Source: Takakia lepidozioides | Taxonomy: Eukaryota; Plantae; Bryophyta | DNA length: 64,000 nt | Direction of reading: 5' to 3' | Assembly: GCA_030704615.1 (NCBI GenBank) | Contig: CM060732.1 | Coordinates: 22,258,001 to 22,322,000 of the forward strand | Part shown: positions 1 through 12,425 of the stretch, piece by piece | Numbering within the stretch: position 1 is the stretch's first letter | How the letters are laid out: each line of letters starts with the position of its first letter | Made by a program: the position numbers and the translations under genes | Notes under the pieces: model-generated | The model's input: the letters and a program-made list of their open reading frames with translations, nothing else | Told to the model about the DNA's origin: nothing | Databases searched by the model: none

Positions 1-929
1 TTTTGAGCGATTTTAGCAAGGTCTCACACTCGCCAGCAACCTCCCCAGCTACAGTGAATTGCGGAATACCAAGTTCAACCCACGACAGCCGGCAGCCCTT
101 CAAGAGCTTGTCTTTGGCCTCAGGTAATGGAAGTTTGCGGGCTATCTCCGTAGCAAAGAGTCGCTGCAAGGCCTTGGCCGCTCGAGCCCCTTCAAAGGCT
201 TGGATACACTTCCGCCGCTGCGCTGCTTCTTCTTGCAGGGTGTGGGTGGGCTTCAGACCCTCCAACGCAGCGGTCAACTCAAACTGAGTCACCCAGTGAT
301 CAGAAGGTGTGTCGAGGACTAATTCAGGGCGTTCAACCGGGGCACCAAGGGGCGGATAATCAATTTCAACCACCAGGCTAGGATCAACCGAAGCACGCAC
401 AATGCTGTATGCATTGGATAATTAGTAACAGGAAAGCCAGGCAAGTAGTAACCCAGTCGTTCCTGTCTAAACACAAGAGCAGGGAAAATCAAAATATCAT
501 GCATAGTATGAGGAAAGCGAGAGACGGGAATGCCTGCGACATGGTCATCCCAAGTGATGTCCACATTGTAATCAGGTTGCCAGGTAGGCCGCAGGTTGGC
601 CAAGACAAGTGAACTACCACCTTTCACCAACTCCCACATATGATGCGCACTGGGTAAGTTGGGCGGGCTGCTTGCCAAGGAAAAGCTTATCCGCTCTATT
701 GTTCGCGTGACTTTTTGGCTCAAAGTGGACGAAGAACTGTGGCACTTTCTGGGTGAAGGTGTTTACATGCTTCACAAACACATGTTTATAAGTGGCTATT
801 GTATCAAGGACTGGGAGTCCAAATTGCGTCCTGCACGATCCTCCAGTAGAAGCTGCAACCATGGAGGACCAACTTCACCAAGCCCTCCTCCAGAAGTGTA
901 AGACCAACACTCATCTGTCGGGCCTCTCT

Positions 930-1198
930 TCCCGTTTCTTCAGCCTGGCAAACAGGTTACCAAATCCAAGATGCGGATCGATGGGCCTTATCTGATTCAT
1001 GCGATTCTGCCTGGTCGGCAGTACCGTCTTCTTCCTCAACATCCTTCTACGGCAGAGATTGCAGGGACTGTTCATGTTTCTCAACTGGTCCCTTCTAAGC
1101 TGCAGTTTGATCTGACCTGCATCAACGTGAAGAATCGGCATGTGGTTTTGACTCCGAAGAAGCGTGCTCGGCTTGATTCTGATTCAGTTACTACCTAG
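930..1198 (+). mobile_element. Degenerate GPY/F-like C-terminal fragment of a Ty3/gypsy integrase (tentative)
   Basis: Translation KSKMRIDGPYLIHAILPGRQYRLLP...VHVSQLVP resembles the integrase GPY/F module (GPY..Y.L.LP...HVSQL). No catalytic integrase core is recognisable upstream. Confidence 0.3.
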
Positions 1199-2810
1199 AC
1201 TTCCTCATGACACTGTTTTTATTCAGCTACTCCCTACATATGATCTCTCTTAGTTTTCTTTCTAGTTCTTCAGGTTGCACACCTCACAAAATAGGGTTTT
1301 TCCACAGCAAGGTTTTGTCCTTCGCTCAAATTGCAGAACAAGGTTTTCCTTGTTGCGGTTTTTTTCATCCTATCTTGGTGTGACCTTGAGTGACCCTGCT
1401 CCCTATCTTGAGCATAGTGTTTATTTAGCTAGCTCACCGGAACCCGCTTCTCTGTGTGCCAGGAGGCTTTACATATGTAATGGCCAGATTCCTTTTACCT
1501 ACCTTTTTGACATTGGATGAACAGACGTTGGATGATGACCGTTGAAAAAGGGCTTGGATGAAACAGCTGGAAACAATCTATTTTTAAACTAAGTATTGTC
1601 TTATGTTAACAGCTAGTTTATCTCTAAAGTAGAATGAGGTGGCGTCCTATTTGGACAGACACCCAGATGGCATCCAAATGACCAATCAGGGCTTACCACT
1701 TGGTCAGATAAGATTGTGGGACTTCGTTTATAAAAGGGATCAACACGACGCTTAAGGCAGCGGTGTACATTTGGTGTGAAACCCTACTGTACCTGTGTGG
1801 GAGTTTTGGATGAAAAGGATGCGAGTGAGGAGTGATGACTCCTCTCCGTTGGATCCCGCCTATCTCGCTAGCCTTCTTTACCGAGCATACTTCCCCCTTA
1901 TAGCTCAATACCCCTAGAGGAAGAGGAATAAGGGGTGGACGAGAATCTGGCTTTATAGAGAGTGCAGAGACCTTTTGCACATTTTTGTTGGCCAGCTTTC
2001 ATTGTTTTCAGGCAATTGTTTCTAGTACCCCTTCTTTTCAAACAGCCACACCTTTCTAGCGGTTGTGGGTTCAACACCGCACATGTGCGTTGACTGTCAT
2101 TAAAGTCAGACCAGTCTCGTTCCTTCAGTGTCTCCAGGCTGATTAAACTCTGCAGTGTTCCCTAATTTCTCTGCACTTTCTACAGGCGCATTAATGTGCC
2201 TGTAAATCCCACAGGCACTTTTTCATAAAGAGCCTGTAGACTCAACTCTACAGGCACTTATTAATGTTCAAAGGTTTGGCGAGTACATATAAGTATCTGC
2301 CTTTGGCTGAAAGCTCCATCTCAAAACTTAAAAGGCTTCTGGAAATCCAAGGAAATGGGCCATAGTTTGTGATACTTTTACAGGGCTTACCTTAGTACTA
2401 AGGCAAGACCCTGAGTTAGAGACCCAAAAGTTAAGGAAAAAGAAAGAAGCAGCAGGGGTGGAGGATGGTGGTTGCAAGAGCGGCGTGGTGCGTTTGAAAA
2501 GCGCTGCATTTCCGATCGTCCTGCGTACGATGCTGCAGCAGCGATGATGGCGGCGCTTGCATCTGCTCTGCCAACGTGTTTCCTGTTCACACAATGTATT
2601 GAATTCTTCTTGACATTCACGCGCGACGAGGATGAGCGGTTTCCAGGCTCTGAGAGAAAGCTGAGTTGTCAAGAAAGCCAGGGGCCTGTCGGAGTGCTGA
2701 GGTAATCCGAAGAACGTCGGGTTTCGCCTCGGACTGGATCACATCTGCTTTCAGATGCGCCTGTGAAGTGTTTGCATTGGAGGGCAGACCGTTGTGTGCA
2801 TCTGGAGGCG

Positions 2811-5800
2811 ATGGCGACGGAGCTGTCGGTGTTGTATCCGATGCATGCTATTGCTTGGATGGCAAAGTGGAAGCATTGGACTGAGTGGGAGAGGGAGAGT
2901 TATCCACAGACTGGAGATCTGATTCTAATACCAGTCTTTGCTCTCCTGTTTCCCACAGTGCGGTTCTTCCTTGACTTTTTCTTATTTGAGGTGCGTGTCC
3001 ACAATCTTATTCTTCTTATAAAAATCCCGGAACCCGACACAAGTTCCTTCCCATGACCAACAGTATTGTACACACTGTTAAGTGCAAGTTACAGTGCACA
3101 GCAACAGTTCAATGTTTGTTATAAGTTTCAAAACAAAAATGAATTTCTTCATAACGGCGCTATCACAATCTGGTATGCATTTCCTTAATGTGGAGCGCTA
3201 TCCAGCCAGCCTGTTATGGCGTAGTTCATCCCTGTTAGTATTGCAGCACTTCTTATCTCAGTTTCTTTGTGGCAGCTACCTCAATGCTGGGCTGAAGCTT
3301 CCTTACTCTACTATTCTACGTTGGACCGAGATGAGTGACGTTTCCCTGTGCACGATGATGATACCTTCAGATCGTAATGCTGCAATGGCAAATGAACCTG
3401 AGTACAAGAGATTATTGAAAGACTGTACACACACCGCTTGCAGTAACCAACCATGACAACCTTAAGTTCACTTAGGCAAGCATGATATCTATACATGGGG
3501 CGCACTGAATGTCTTTGAACACTTCTCCCCATGGACAGCTCAGACTTGATATCCTGTAGAAGGTGCACCTTCTGCCTAAAATTGAGGTACTTGAAAATAT
3601 CCTCTACTCTTTTATCCTGTTTAACAGACAGTCTTACTTCCAAGAAACCGAGTCAATGATCTTAGGGTATCTGGTACTAGGCATGTGATTCAACTGATCC
3701 CACCAGCTGATCTCGAATTCATCGTCGAGAGCTCAAGGGTGGTATGCCCAACTCGCCCTGAACAGCCACGTTAGCTGTTCTAGAGCACACTGACATGCTC
3801 TCTTTGAGCACTGAAAGAGGGGGAGAGAGAGGCCCAAATGAGTCCTTGCCTTACTTCAAGAGAAGAAACGAAGGAGGTTAGTACGTCGGGGGTGGCCCAT
3901 TGAGGCCCATAAGACAATGTAGAAAAACCAAAAACATCAATCAAAACTGCAGAGCAACTGCAGCGTCCAGATAATGACTTGAAATTTTCCCAAGTTTGAA
4001 AAGGTTTTTGGTTGGGGGTATTTTCATTGCCTCAATGTGCAGAGATGGGGAAAGAGGCTTATATATGGGCCATCAGGGCCTCTCATGAAGGGGCACTCGA
4101 AAGCTGATAACGATGCTGTGCGGAGAAGACTCACCAAATTCAATGAGTCAGCCTGGAAGTGTGCATATTACTTATCAGCTGAGATATTCACACTGGTGAT
4201 TACTTACAATGAGCCCTGGTTCACAGACACCAAACAGTTTTGGATTGGACCTGAACAACAGCGTTGGCCTGATCAAAAGGCAAAGTAAGGTGCATCCCTG
4301 TTTCATATCCACTTCCCTGGCCCTTTCTGTATATTGCTAGTAACTTTTGTTTCATTCTTATCTCTCCCCTATGATCACTGTAGCTATCCACTGCAGTATG
4401 TTTACTCCTCCTTAGTATTCCAAGTGCCATGATTTCATCTTCTGTTTAGTCTCTATTTCTGTAACTGGTGGTGGGTGGACAGGCTCAAGTTGAAGGTGCT
4501 GTATGGTTTCTCAGGAGGATTCTACGTATACAGCATATTTGCTCTGGTGTTTTGGGAGACTCGACGCTCAGACTTTGGTGTTAGTATGTCGCACCATGTT
4601 ACTAGTATCATCCTCATTGTGTTCTCTTATCTCAACAGGTTCTCCCTCTCCCTCTCTCTCTCTATCTCACTCTGGAGGGCCCTCTGCGGACATAAGTTAT
4701 TTTCTTTCTTCTCCTGTCCTGCATATTACGAGATATGTGGGAGATAATACTGTCTTAGAGATTCCCACACCATAGTAGAGGCCTTCAGATTTGAAATTCT
4801 GAGGTTCCTTGCAGCCTACCTGCTCAAGGCCTTTCGTCTTGGGGTGCATCTGTTGTTCCCTGAAATGGTCACTTGTGTCCCATGGGCCTTCATGGCCCCT
4901 GTGGATGTTATAAAGTTTCTTTCATTTCTTTCTCTCTCTGACTGCATGAGGCAATTCGTCTTGGGCCTGCTTTCTGGTGCTAATTTTTTCACTGTTCTGC
5001 ATTCCTGTTCTGTAAGCCCTCTGGGCTTTCTCTGAGTGTTATGAAGGTCCTTGTTTCTTTCTTTCTTGCCGCAAATACATCTGCGGCATCCCCCGACCAA
5101 AAAGTGGCTGTTTGACACCGTCGTCAGCCCTGCTACCATCTATGGTTGTGAGTTCTGGGCACCTGGTGTCCCTGTCTCCTGGTGGGAAAAGAATTTGGAA
5201 CCATTACAGTCATCTTTTCTCCAAGCAATGCTTGGCGCCAGGAGCACAACTCCATCTCAGATCCTAGGTGCAGAGTTCGCATGTGTACCATTGCAATCCG
5301 AGGCCCTCTTCAGGCTTACAATCTTTCTCCATAGATTGCAGGCCCTTCCACCCAAAGGGCTAGTGGCAAGGGCCCTCACAACATCTATGAGGCTCAAAGC
5401 TGCAGGTTTCAGGAACTCCTGGTATGCTCGAGTGGACAGTTTATTTCAACGTAACGGACTTTCTACTGCTTTCCTATTACCAATGACCCCAGATGAGGTG
5501 GACATCACATCCAGACATGACCGCAACAGACTCATTAGGAGAGAGCTTATGGAATTACATGTCAAGAGAACTTGGAAGCTACCCAATCTCACGACAAAGC
5601 TCCACTTCTATCGAGAGACATTCTTGGTGCTCCGCGATGATAGAATCTTGAGACCAAATTACCTTTCAGCACCCTTATCTCCTTCCCTCCTGAGGGCATT
5701 GGGGCGGTTCAGGGTGGGTTCCCACAACCTACGGATAGAGACTGGCAGATGGGAAAACCTGCAGTGGGAGGACCGCCTATGTTCAGCTTGCATAGGGCGC

Positions 5801-8282
5801 AGCAAGGAAATTGAAACTGAAGAACACTTCTTCTTCTACTGCCTTCTATACTACGAGATCCGTGGGAGATTCCACTGTTTATTCAGTGGAACCCAAACTC
5901 TCACTGATGTCTTCCACTATGAGGAAAAATGCTTGGCAGCCTACCTACACGAGGCCTTCACCCTTAGACAATCGCTAGAACATTAATTGTGGTTTCTGGA
6001 TTTGTTCCTCTCTCATGTTTTCTTCCATTTTGTCCCATAAGCTCTATGAGCTTTCCGCGGACGTTATAAAGCACCATTTCATTTCCTTTCCTTTCATTTC
6101 TTTACCATGTCAAGGTTGGGCAAACTGCCACACAGCAAGTTCAGTCATAGTAGTGGTCTTAAGTCACAAGGGAACAGATGACTTTTTGAACTACGTTTGA
6201 TGTATTTCGATGCGGAATTCACTACTTTGCCCCGTCATAGGTGGCATGGCTACCACAATAGGCTGGCCCCCCCTGTGGATGTTATGAAGTTTCTTTCTTC
6301 ATATTTCTTACTTCTATATGAACACTTGGCAGGTCTTGTCATCAGTTTGTAAGATCTACATAGAAAATCATGTTGTGGCATGTCACAGGTTTTATCGTGT
6401 GGGATCAGTGGTGCTGGCAATACACGATGGCAGTGATGTGTTCTTGGAAATAGCAAAGCTTACAAAATATACTGGGTTTGAGATTTTGCCAAGCATTTTC
6501 TTTCTTCTTTTCGCCATATCTTGGGTGATTCTGCGGCTCATATACTTCCCTTTGTATATTATTTGGAGCACCAGGTACATGATGAACTCTCTCTTTGGGC
6601 TTTCATGGATCTTGTGAAGTTCCTGTCTTTCTTTCATGGATGTTATACAGTACCATTTCTTTTTCTCCTGTCCTGCATACCATGAGATCCAAGGCAGCTA
6701 TAGTATGGTCTCTTTATAAACTCCCAGTCTTTTGCAGAGGCTTTCAGCTTCAAGGAGGCACCTTCATGAGGCACTTTGTCTTCGGGTGTCGTGGTTTCTT
6801 GTTCTCCTTTGTCCCAGGAGCTATTGGGGCCTGTGTGGATTTTTACAGTTTCATTGTTTGTTTGGTTCTAGGTCCTCTCAGCCTCCCTTGGACCTACCAA
6901 AATTTATCTTCTTTGGGGCTTGACTTGTCCTTTGGTTTCTACTGGTTTCCTCTATGTGGCTCATTGGCCCCTTTTGCCTCCTGCAGACGTATTTTAGTTC
7001 TTTCCTCTTTTCTATACTTTTTTGTTTCTAGTCTGCACTCTATAGTATCCCCCTGACCTTCTCCTCAGTATATGTTCGCCAAGCATCTTGAATCCAAAGT
7101 CACTGCTGGGAGTCTCCCTGGTTTGATTAAGAGGGCTTGAAACCACACACCGTAATGTGACGCTGTGTAGGGCTAATTAAGAGAGACCTCTTTTCAGTCT
7201 CGGATCAGTCAGCTAGGGGAAGCCCAGCATTTGTGCAGTGCTGATTAAGATCTCTGTTTCCTATGTGCAGTTTCTATATTAATCTTTATGGATATGAAGA
7301 TTCTAAAGACAATAATGATTTTTGGAATACACCAGCATTCCGCACATCCTTGAATATGAGGGACAGCACTTCTGTTAACAGGCAGACACGTTTTACATCC
7401 ACTTACAATGCCTTTTGTGCATTTTTGCTACCTGATTCTTCCCATCATGGCCCTAAAACCTGGCCCTGAAACCTCTTAGTACATAGATTTGGCATGCAAA
7501 TGCCTGCACTGGTGGCTTGGTGGACCCATTTGTGCACCTCCCACATAGGTGTATTTGGACTACAGTGGGGACACTGCCCTAGCTACTCCATTATTGGTGC
7601 TGAGTTCATTTGGATGTGGTTGTGATGCTAAGCCGAAGTTCTTTGGAAGTTGGGATCTGCCGTATAATCTAGGCATATGTACTTTTGTTAATGCTGTAGT
7701 GATGGTGGTGCGTGGTTGTGCAGTTATGAGGTGCTGCAATTACTGGATAAGAGTGATTGGTGGGCGTCACGTCTGTATTACCTCTTCAACGTCCTGTTGA
7801 TCAGCTTGCTTGTAATGCATGTCTATTGGTGGGTTCTAATATACCGAATGATCTTGAAGCAGGTCCAAGCTCTGGGCAGAGTCTCAGATGACGTCCGATC
7901 TGGTATTCTCTCTTGCTGTATCCCCACCTATGTTACATCCTAGTCAATGTACACAGAAGTGCCAAGGAGTTCATGCCTCTATGTGGCTAAATTCCGAAAA
8001 TGGTTGTGCCTGTACTGTCCCACAGAAACTTTAGCACTGGTTTGGTCTGAGAGTTTACCCCCCTGGATTCAGATTCCAAGAGGTCAGTTCTTTGTAATGG
8101 AGCAAACCTAATACATCTGAAGTCCTCTGGAAGGAGAGCTAGAGTGGCTTGTATGTTTATGGGTTGACCTCGCAGATGTTACTGGCATAGGAGATTACTG
8201 TGGTTTTATTACTATCTTGCATTGGTATGTTTGTATAACCAATGTGATCCTTCGTCCTGCAGACTCAGAGCACGAGGATTAA
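2811..8282 (+). CDS. LAG1: LAG1/LOH-family ceramide synthase (TLC domain), 6 exons, about 320 aa
   Basis: join(2811..2990,4043..4284,4483..4638,6389..6574,7724..7902,8263..8282), all GT-AG introns, 963 nt in frame. Motifs: [16 protein letters not shown], the Lag1 motif [13 protein letters not shown]...[12 protein letters not shown], and C-terminal DDVRSDSEHED as in plant LOH proteins. Confidence 0.95.
4700..4940 (+). mobile_element. Short 5'-truncated LINE copy in LAG1 intron 3
   Basis: Encodes [13 protein letters not shown] and [12 protein letters not shown], matching the C-terminus of the LINE ORF at 5051-5986 ([14 protein letters not shown]...[12 protein letters not shown]). Ends in the family 3' tail CCCTGTGGATGTTATAAAG-TTTC repeats. 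Confidence 0.6.
5075..6102 (+). mobile_element. 5'-truncated non-LTR retrotransposon (LINE) ORF2 C-terminus in LAG1 intron 3
   Basis: ORF 5051-5986 has [17 protein letters not shown] (post-RT region), [16 protein letters not shown] and a CCHC knuckle RLCSAC...[10 protein letters not shown]. It is followed by a 3' UTR ending GCGGACGTTATAAAG and a (TTTCA)-like microsatellite tail. Confidence 0.85.
6650..6850 (+). mobile_element. Third decayed LINE 3' fragment, in LAG1 intron 4
   Basis: CATTTCTTTTCTCCTGTCCTGCATACCATGAGATC is nearly the same as 4704-4735, and it ends in a GGCCTGTGTGGAT tail-like sequence. Confidence 0.45.
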
Positions 8283-9040
8283 CTATTGAGGACAAATTGT
8301 GATGAGAGTGCATCATGATTTATTGGCCCTGATTTTGTTGGTGGTGTTAACGCATTGCAAGGCAATTTATGTGCTGGTTCGACTTAACATTTTGCTTTAG
8401 CTCCCTGCGTCTCTCCTTCCCTTGATCTCTCTCTTTTCACTTGCAAGTAGCATAATTGCACATCCTCCATACAATTTTGCACCTCCTACTGAAGAGGTGG
8501 GCTAGCCTGTGGTTAGCAACATGCTCAAGCAAGCCATTAGTTTTAGGTGAGGCAGGCTGTTTCACTTAATGATTTTTTCATTACGTCTTTATGACTCAGT
8601 ACTGGAGATTGCCTTTCATATCTTGTTCCCATGTTTGGATCACATCAATGGAAGGACAAGAAGTCAGTGGTCTTCACACATGCAAAGAGTACAGTGGTGA
8701 GGCATAACTTAGCAGGTTGCCATGATTTTTGAATTTTATACAGTACATGGATCTCAAATTTGTAGGTCCACAGTCATGGGATCGTATGGGGATAAAAGTA
8801 CTATACTGTACTAATTCCCTGTGAACAATCATCTGATTTATGTATGTACAGCGCTTAGTGACCTTCCTCACACCATCATTGTCCCGGCAAGGACAAGGTC
8901 GCTTGGCCCAAGAAGAATGTTACATCCCTACATGCTCTAGTCCGCCATCACAGGTGAGAAGGTACCATCAACCCATCGCTCTCAGATTCTTCATTCCAAA
9001 AGCTGTCTAGATAAAGAGGAGAGTTGCCCCTGGTATTGAA

Positions 9041-10471
9041 CTAACTGCTCAATGGTACGCTCTTTAGCACCAAGCCCTCCATTGTCAGTCCTGGGCCGAT
9101 GCCAATGAGCAAACCCCAGTCCTTGCCCTCCCCAGTTGTGGCTGCACCTGCTTTCAGTGAGCGCTTCCGAACCTGATCCAGCACAAACAGAACACAGGCA
9201 CTGCCCATATTGCCGTATTGTGCAAGAATGTCTCGGCTGGCCCTCAATTTTTCTGGCAACAAGCCCAATTGATTCTCTATTTGGTTGAGGATCGCAACAC
9301 CTCCCGGGTGTACCGCCCAGAACAGATCATTGCACTCTCTGGAACCTGCCCACTCTCTTGCTTCGCTCACAAACTCATCAATGCTTGTTGAAACCAGTTT
9401 GGGGATATCTGGGGTCAGGTGGTAGTACATGCCAGCCTCCATAAAGTGTCCGTCGATGGCTCCTTCACTGTTGGGCACATTCATTTCCCCAGCCCATTGT
9501 ATTTCGTACAACGGTCGCTCCAATTCAGGAATTGGGTCGGATCCTACAATGACTGCTGCTGCACCGTCCCCGAACAATCCCTGCCCCACTAATCCATCCA
9601 GGTATTCCTCGCTGGGTGCTCGGAAGAAGCTCGCAGTCACTTCGCTGCTGACTACAAGGACGCGAGCGCCCTTGTTGTTCTCTGCAAGGTCCTTGGCAAC
9701 TCTCAACGATGCAGCGCCTCCCCAGCAACCGGTCTGGTACATCATCACGCGCCTCACCTTTGGGGAGAGGCCCAGTGACTTGGCCACAAGGAGATCAACT
9801 CCGGGCATGTTTACCACACTGGTGGTGGCCATCACAATGTGAGTAATGTCTGACTTGGGGCGGCCCCACTCCTGAATGACCTTTTCGGCCGCCTCCTTGG
9901 CCAGCTTTGGAACCCACTCGATGAGGATGTTGTGACGCACATTGAGAGAGTTGTCGAGGTAGGTGCCCAAAACGGGGTACTCCTCGATCAATTCCTTTGT
10001 CATAACCATGTGGCGCGTGTTGATTTGCATTTTATCACCTGCCATTTGAAACGTATGGTTTCAGTAAACTTGAATCTGGTACACACACTAGCTCTATGCG
10101 GGTCAAGCTTCAATACAATTCTAGACAACACTTTTGACCAGGAAGCAGTGCACGAGAATCTACTTGAATGTGGACAAGTGTTTAAATGTACAAGCCTGCG
10201 TCGTCTCAGGAACAAATGCTCCGATCTAGTCTTAATACAATTGGCACTCACAGATGCGCTTGAACTTGGCTTTGAGCGCGGTCTTGTGATTGCAGTTTGT
10301 CATATCGAAGTAGTAGTCAGCGTAGGTGCTCTGCTCATGCACCGTGGGGGGGTTGGCTGTGCCAATAGCCATCACAGTCGCCGGCCCCTCTGCTCGAGGC
10401 TGCGCCCTGCGCACGTTGCCTCTAGGAGCCAGCTCCCTGCCCTCGCAGACCTGATCCGCAACTGGTGCCAT
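9041..10471 (-). CDS. Type III polyketide synthase, CHS/stilbenecarboxylate-synthase-like (PKS-1), 405 aa
   Basis: complement(join(9041..10038,10252..10471)). The single intron splits the conserved Cys codon (KRIC|DK), the canonical CHS intron position. The catalytic triad is present: [10 protein letters not shown] (Cys), WAVHPGG (His), YGNMGSA (Asn). C-terminal GIGPGLT. Confidence 0.95.
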
Positions 10472-10898
10472 CTTATACCTGCTGACTGTGTGAATCGGAT
10501 TTGGAGGGAGATATCAGAGCGCCTGCAGCTCAATAGGCTTGGCTAACGCCCAGCTGCGGAGCTCCAAGGCCAATCTCAGATTGCCAATTTGAAGACACAA
10601 ATCAAAGCTGAGAGGTGAGGGAGTGAAGAAGATTACAGCTCGGAGTTTGATGATTGTAATCAGCAAGGCTTGTATAAGTACGAATGCCGCTACTCCCTCT
10701 CCCACTTCCCTCAGTGTTGACCGGCCAGTGCGTAAGCCGGATGAGCAGAGGTGTGGTGAATTGACTAGGACCAGGCTTGGACGACGACGAGGCGGCTGCG
10801 ACCGTGCATGTAAGTCTGACTGCGCTGCCCTGCCAGGTCAATTGCTCATCATTCTTTGCACAGAGAAAAAACAAATAAGATTTAGACAAGGTTAACAC

Positions 10899-11686
10899 CA
10901 GTGTTGGGCGGTTACACGCCTGGGCCCCGGACCGCCTGTGGTTCCGGTTATGTAGAACCGGACCGGAACCGGACCCGCCTGTGCAGAACCGGAACCGGAA
11001 CCGAAACCGCTCATTGGGGATTGTGTGGGAACCGGAACTGGCGGTTCCAGCTACGACCACATGTGTGGGAACCGGCGGTTCCAGCTCCAAAGCGGTTCCG
11101 GTTCCGGTTCCGGTCCAAATTTATGTATTTTTTTTAGTTGTGCTTTTGCTGCACCATAAAAGGTAACCATAGAATTACACATGTTTAATTTGTTTTGTAT
11201 TTTGAATTAAGATCCTTATGTAGTTAGTTTGTTTTAGTTGTTCTTTGCTACACCGTACGACAACTTATAAAATCTCTGGTTTTCCGTTTTTAATGGAGAC
11301 CATGCAGTTATATATACCATAAAAGACAATCACAAAAAACATATAAGTTTATTTACTTCTGTTTTACTAATAAATTCCCTGGTTTTAGTTGAAAATTCTC
11401 AGTATGACCAATCAGATCAGTTCATCTAATTTTCCAGAAGAATAAAAAATTAAAAGAATTTAATATATTTTTAAAAAAGAACCGGAACCTAACCGGGAAC
11501 CGGTGTTTTTTTTCCAGCAACTAACCGGTAACCGGAACCGCCCCCATGTTAAAAAGTCGGAACCTGAACCGGACCGGAACCGCCTTAATAAAAAATAACC
11601 GGATCCGGATCCGGAACCGTCTCTTCAAACATTTGTGGAACCGGAACCGAAGGTTCCTTCACAAAGGCAAGAACCGCCCAACACTG
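10899..11686. mobile_element. Non-autonomous hAT element (MITE), 788 bp
   Basis: Perfect 15-bp TIR CAGTGTTGGGCGGTT / AACCGCCCAACACTG, 8-bp TSD GTTAACAC (10891-10898 and 11687-11694), dense subterminal GGAACC/ACCGG repeats at both ends, AT-rich non-coding core. Confidence 0.93.
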
Positions 11687-11974
11687 GTTAACACGTCAAC
11701 ACATGAACGGGTTATTTTAGATAATGTCAATGTGGAGGAGCATTATCCAAGCTGCGGGAGCAGCGAGTCTGGTGCCAGGATAATTTGAGATTGCTTCAAC
11801 GGATGAACATTATCTTACTTAATATGATGATATGGCTATTTGTCATCCAATGTTTCATCCAAAATGGGTTTTCATTCGACGTATATAGAGACACCTGCAT
11901 ATGGAGACAATTATCACTAATAATATCATACCTGATTCAGGGAAAAAAACAGCCGACTATTAAGAACGGGTTAA

Positions 11975-12425
11975 CTATAGCACTCCCCTGTTCTGTTAAA
12001 TAAAATAAAAATAAAACTATAGCTCATTAACATTTACTGAATGTGACATTTAACAGATATAAATTTTCTGAAATTAACATTTATGAAATAAAGTGAAATA
12101 TATGTAGTCATTCAATTATGGGAAGGAAATACGAATCGATTGTGGTCCGATGAGCATCTCTAAGATGCATATCATCGAGTTCTTTCTCTAGGTGTTTCAT
12201 GGCTAAAATAGTTTTCATAACATCATAGGCCTTTGTTCTAGATATTGAGAAATTGTAGCTATGGCCATTTTGGCATCCTTGACTGTTAGGGGGGGGGAAT
12301 TTCAGTGGCAGGTGTGTGTTCTTCCTCATCATCCTGATCAACTTGACCCTCTGCAGAACCTTTAGAATCCACCAACTCCAATAGATCATCCTCGGTCACT
12401 TCATCCTTGGTCACTTCAACCATGG
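11975..12425 (-). mobile_element. Possible pogo/Tigger-like transposase C-terminal remnant
   Basis: Minus-strand frames give an acidic stretch (DDLLELVDS...DQDDEEE) and then ...HRTTIDSYF, resembling the C-terminal QTTIDSFF tail of pogo-type transposases. Frameshifted, and no DDE core is seen. Confidence 0.3.

Noticed and set aside
3082-3643. ORFs inside LAG1 intron 1
   Set aside because: No recognisable motif or consistent splice structure.
9429-10546. Plus-strand ORFs overlapping PKS-1, and similar antisense ORFs over the PPR, gypsy and transposase genes
   Set aside because: These are shadow ORFs of genuine coding sequence on the opposite strand or in another frame.
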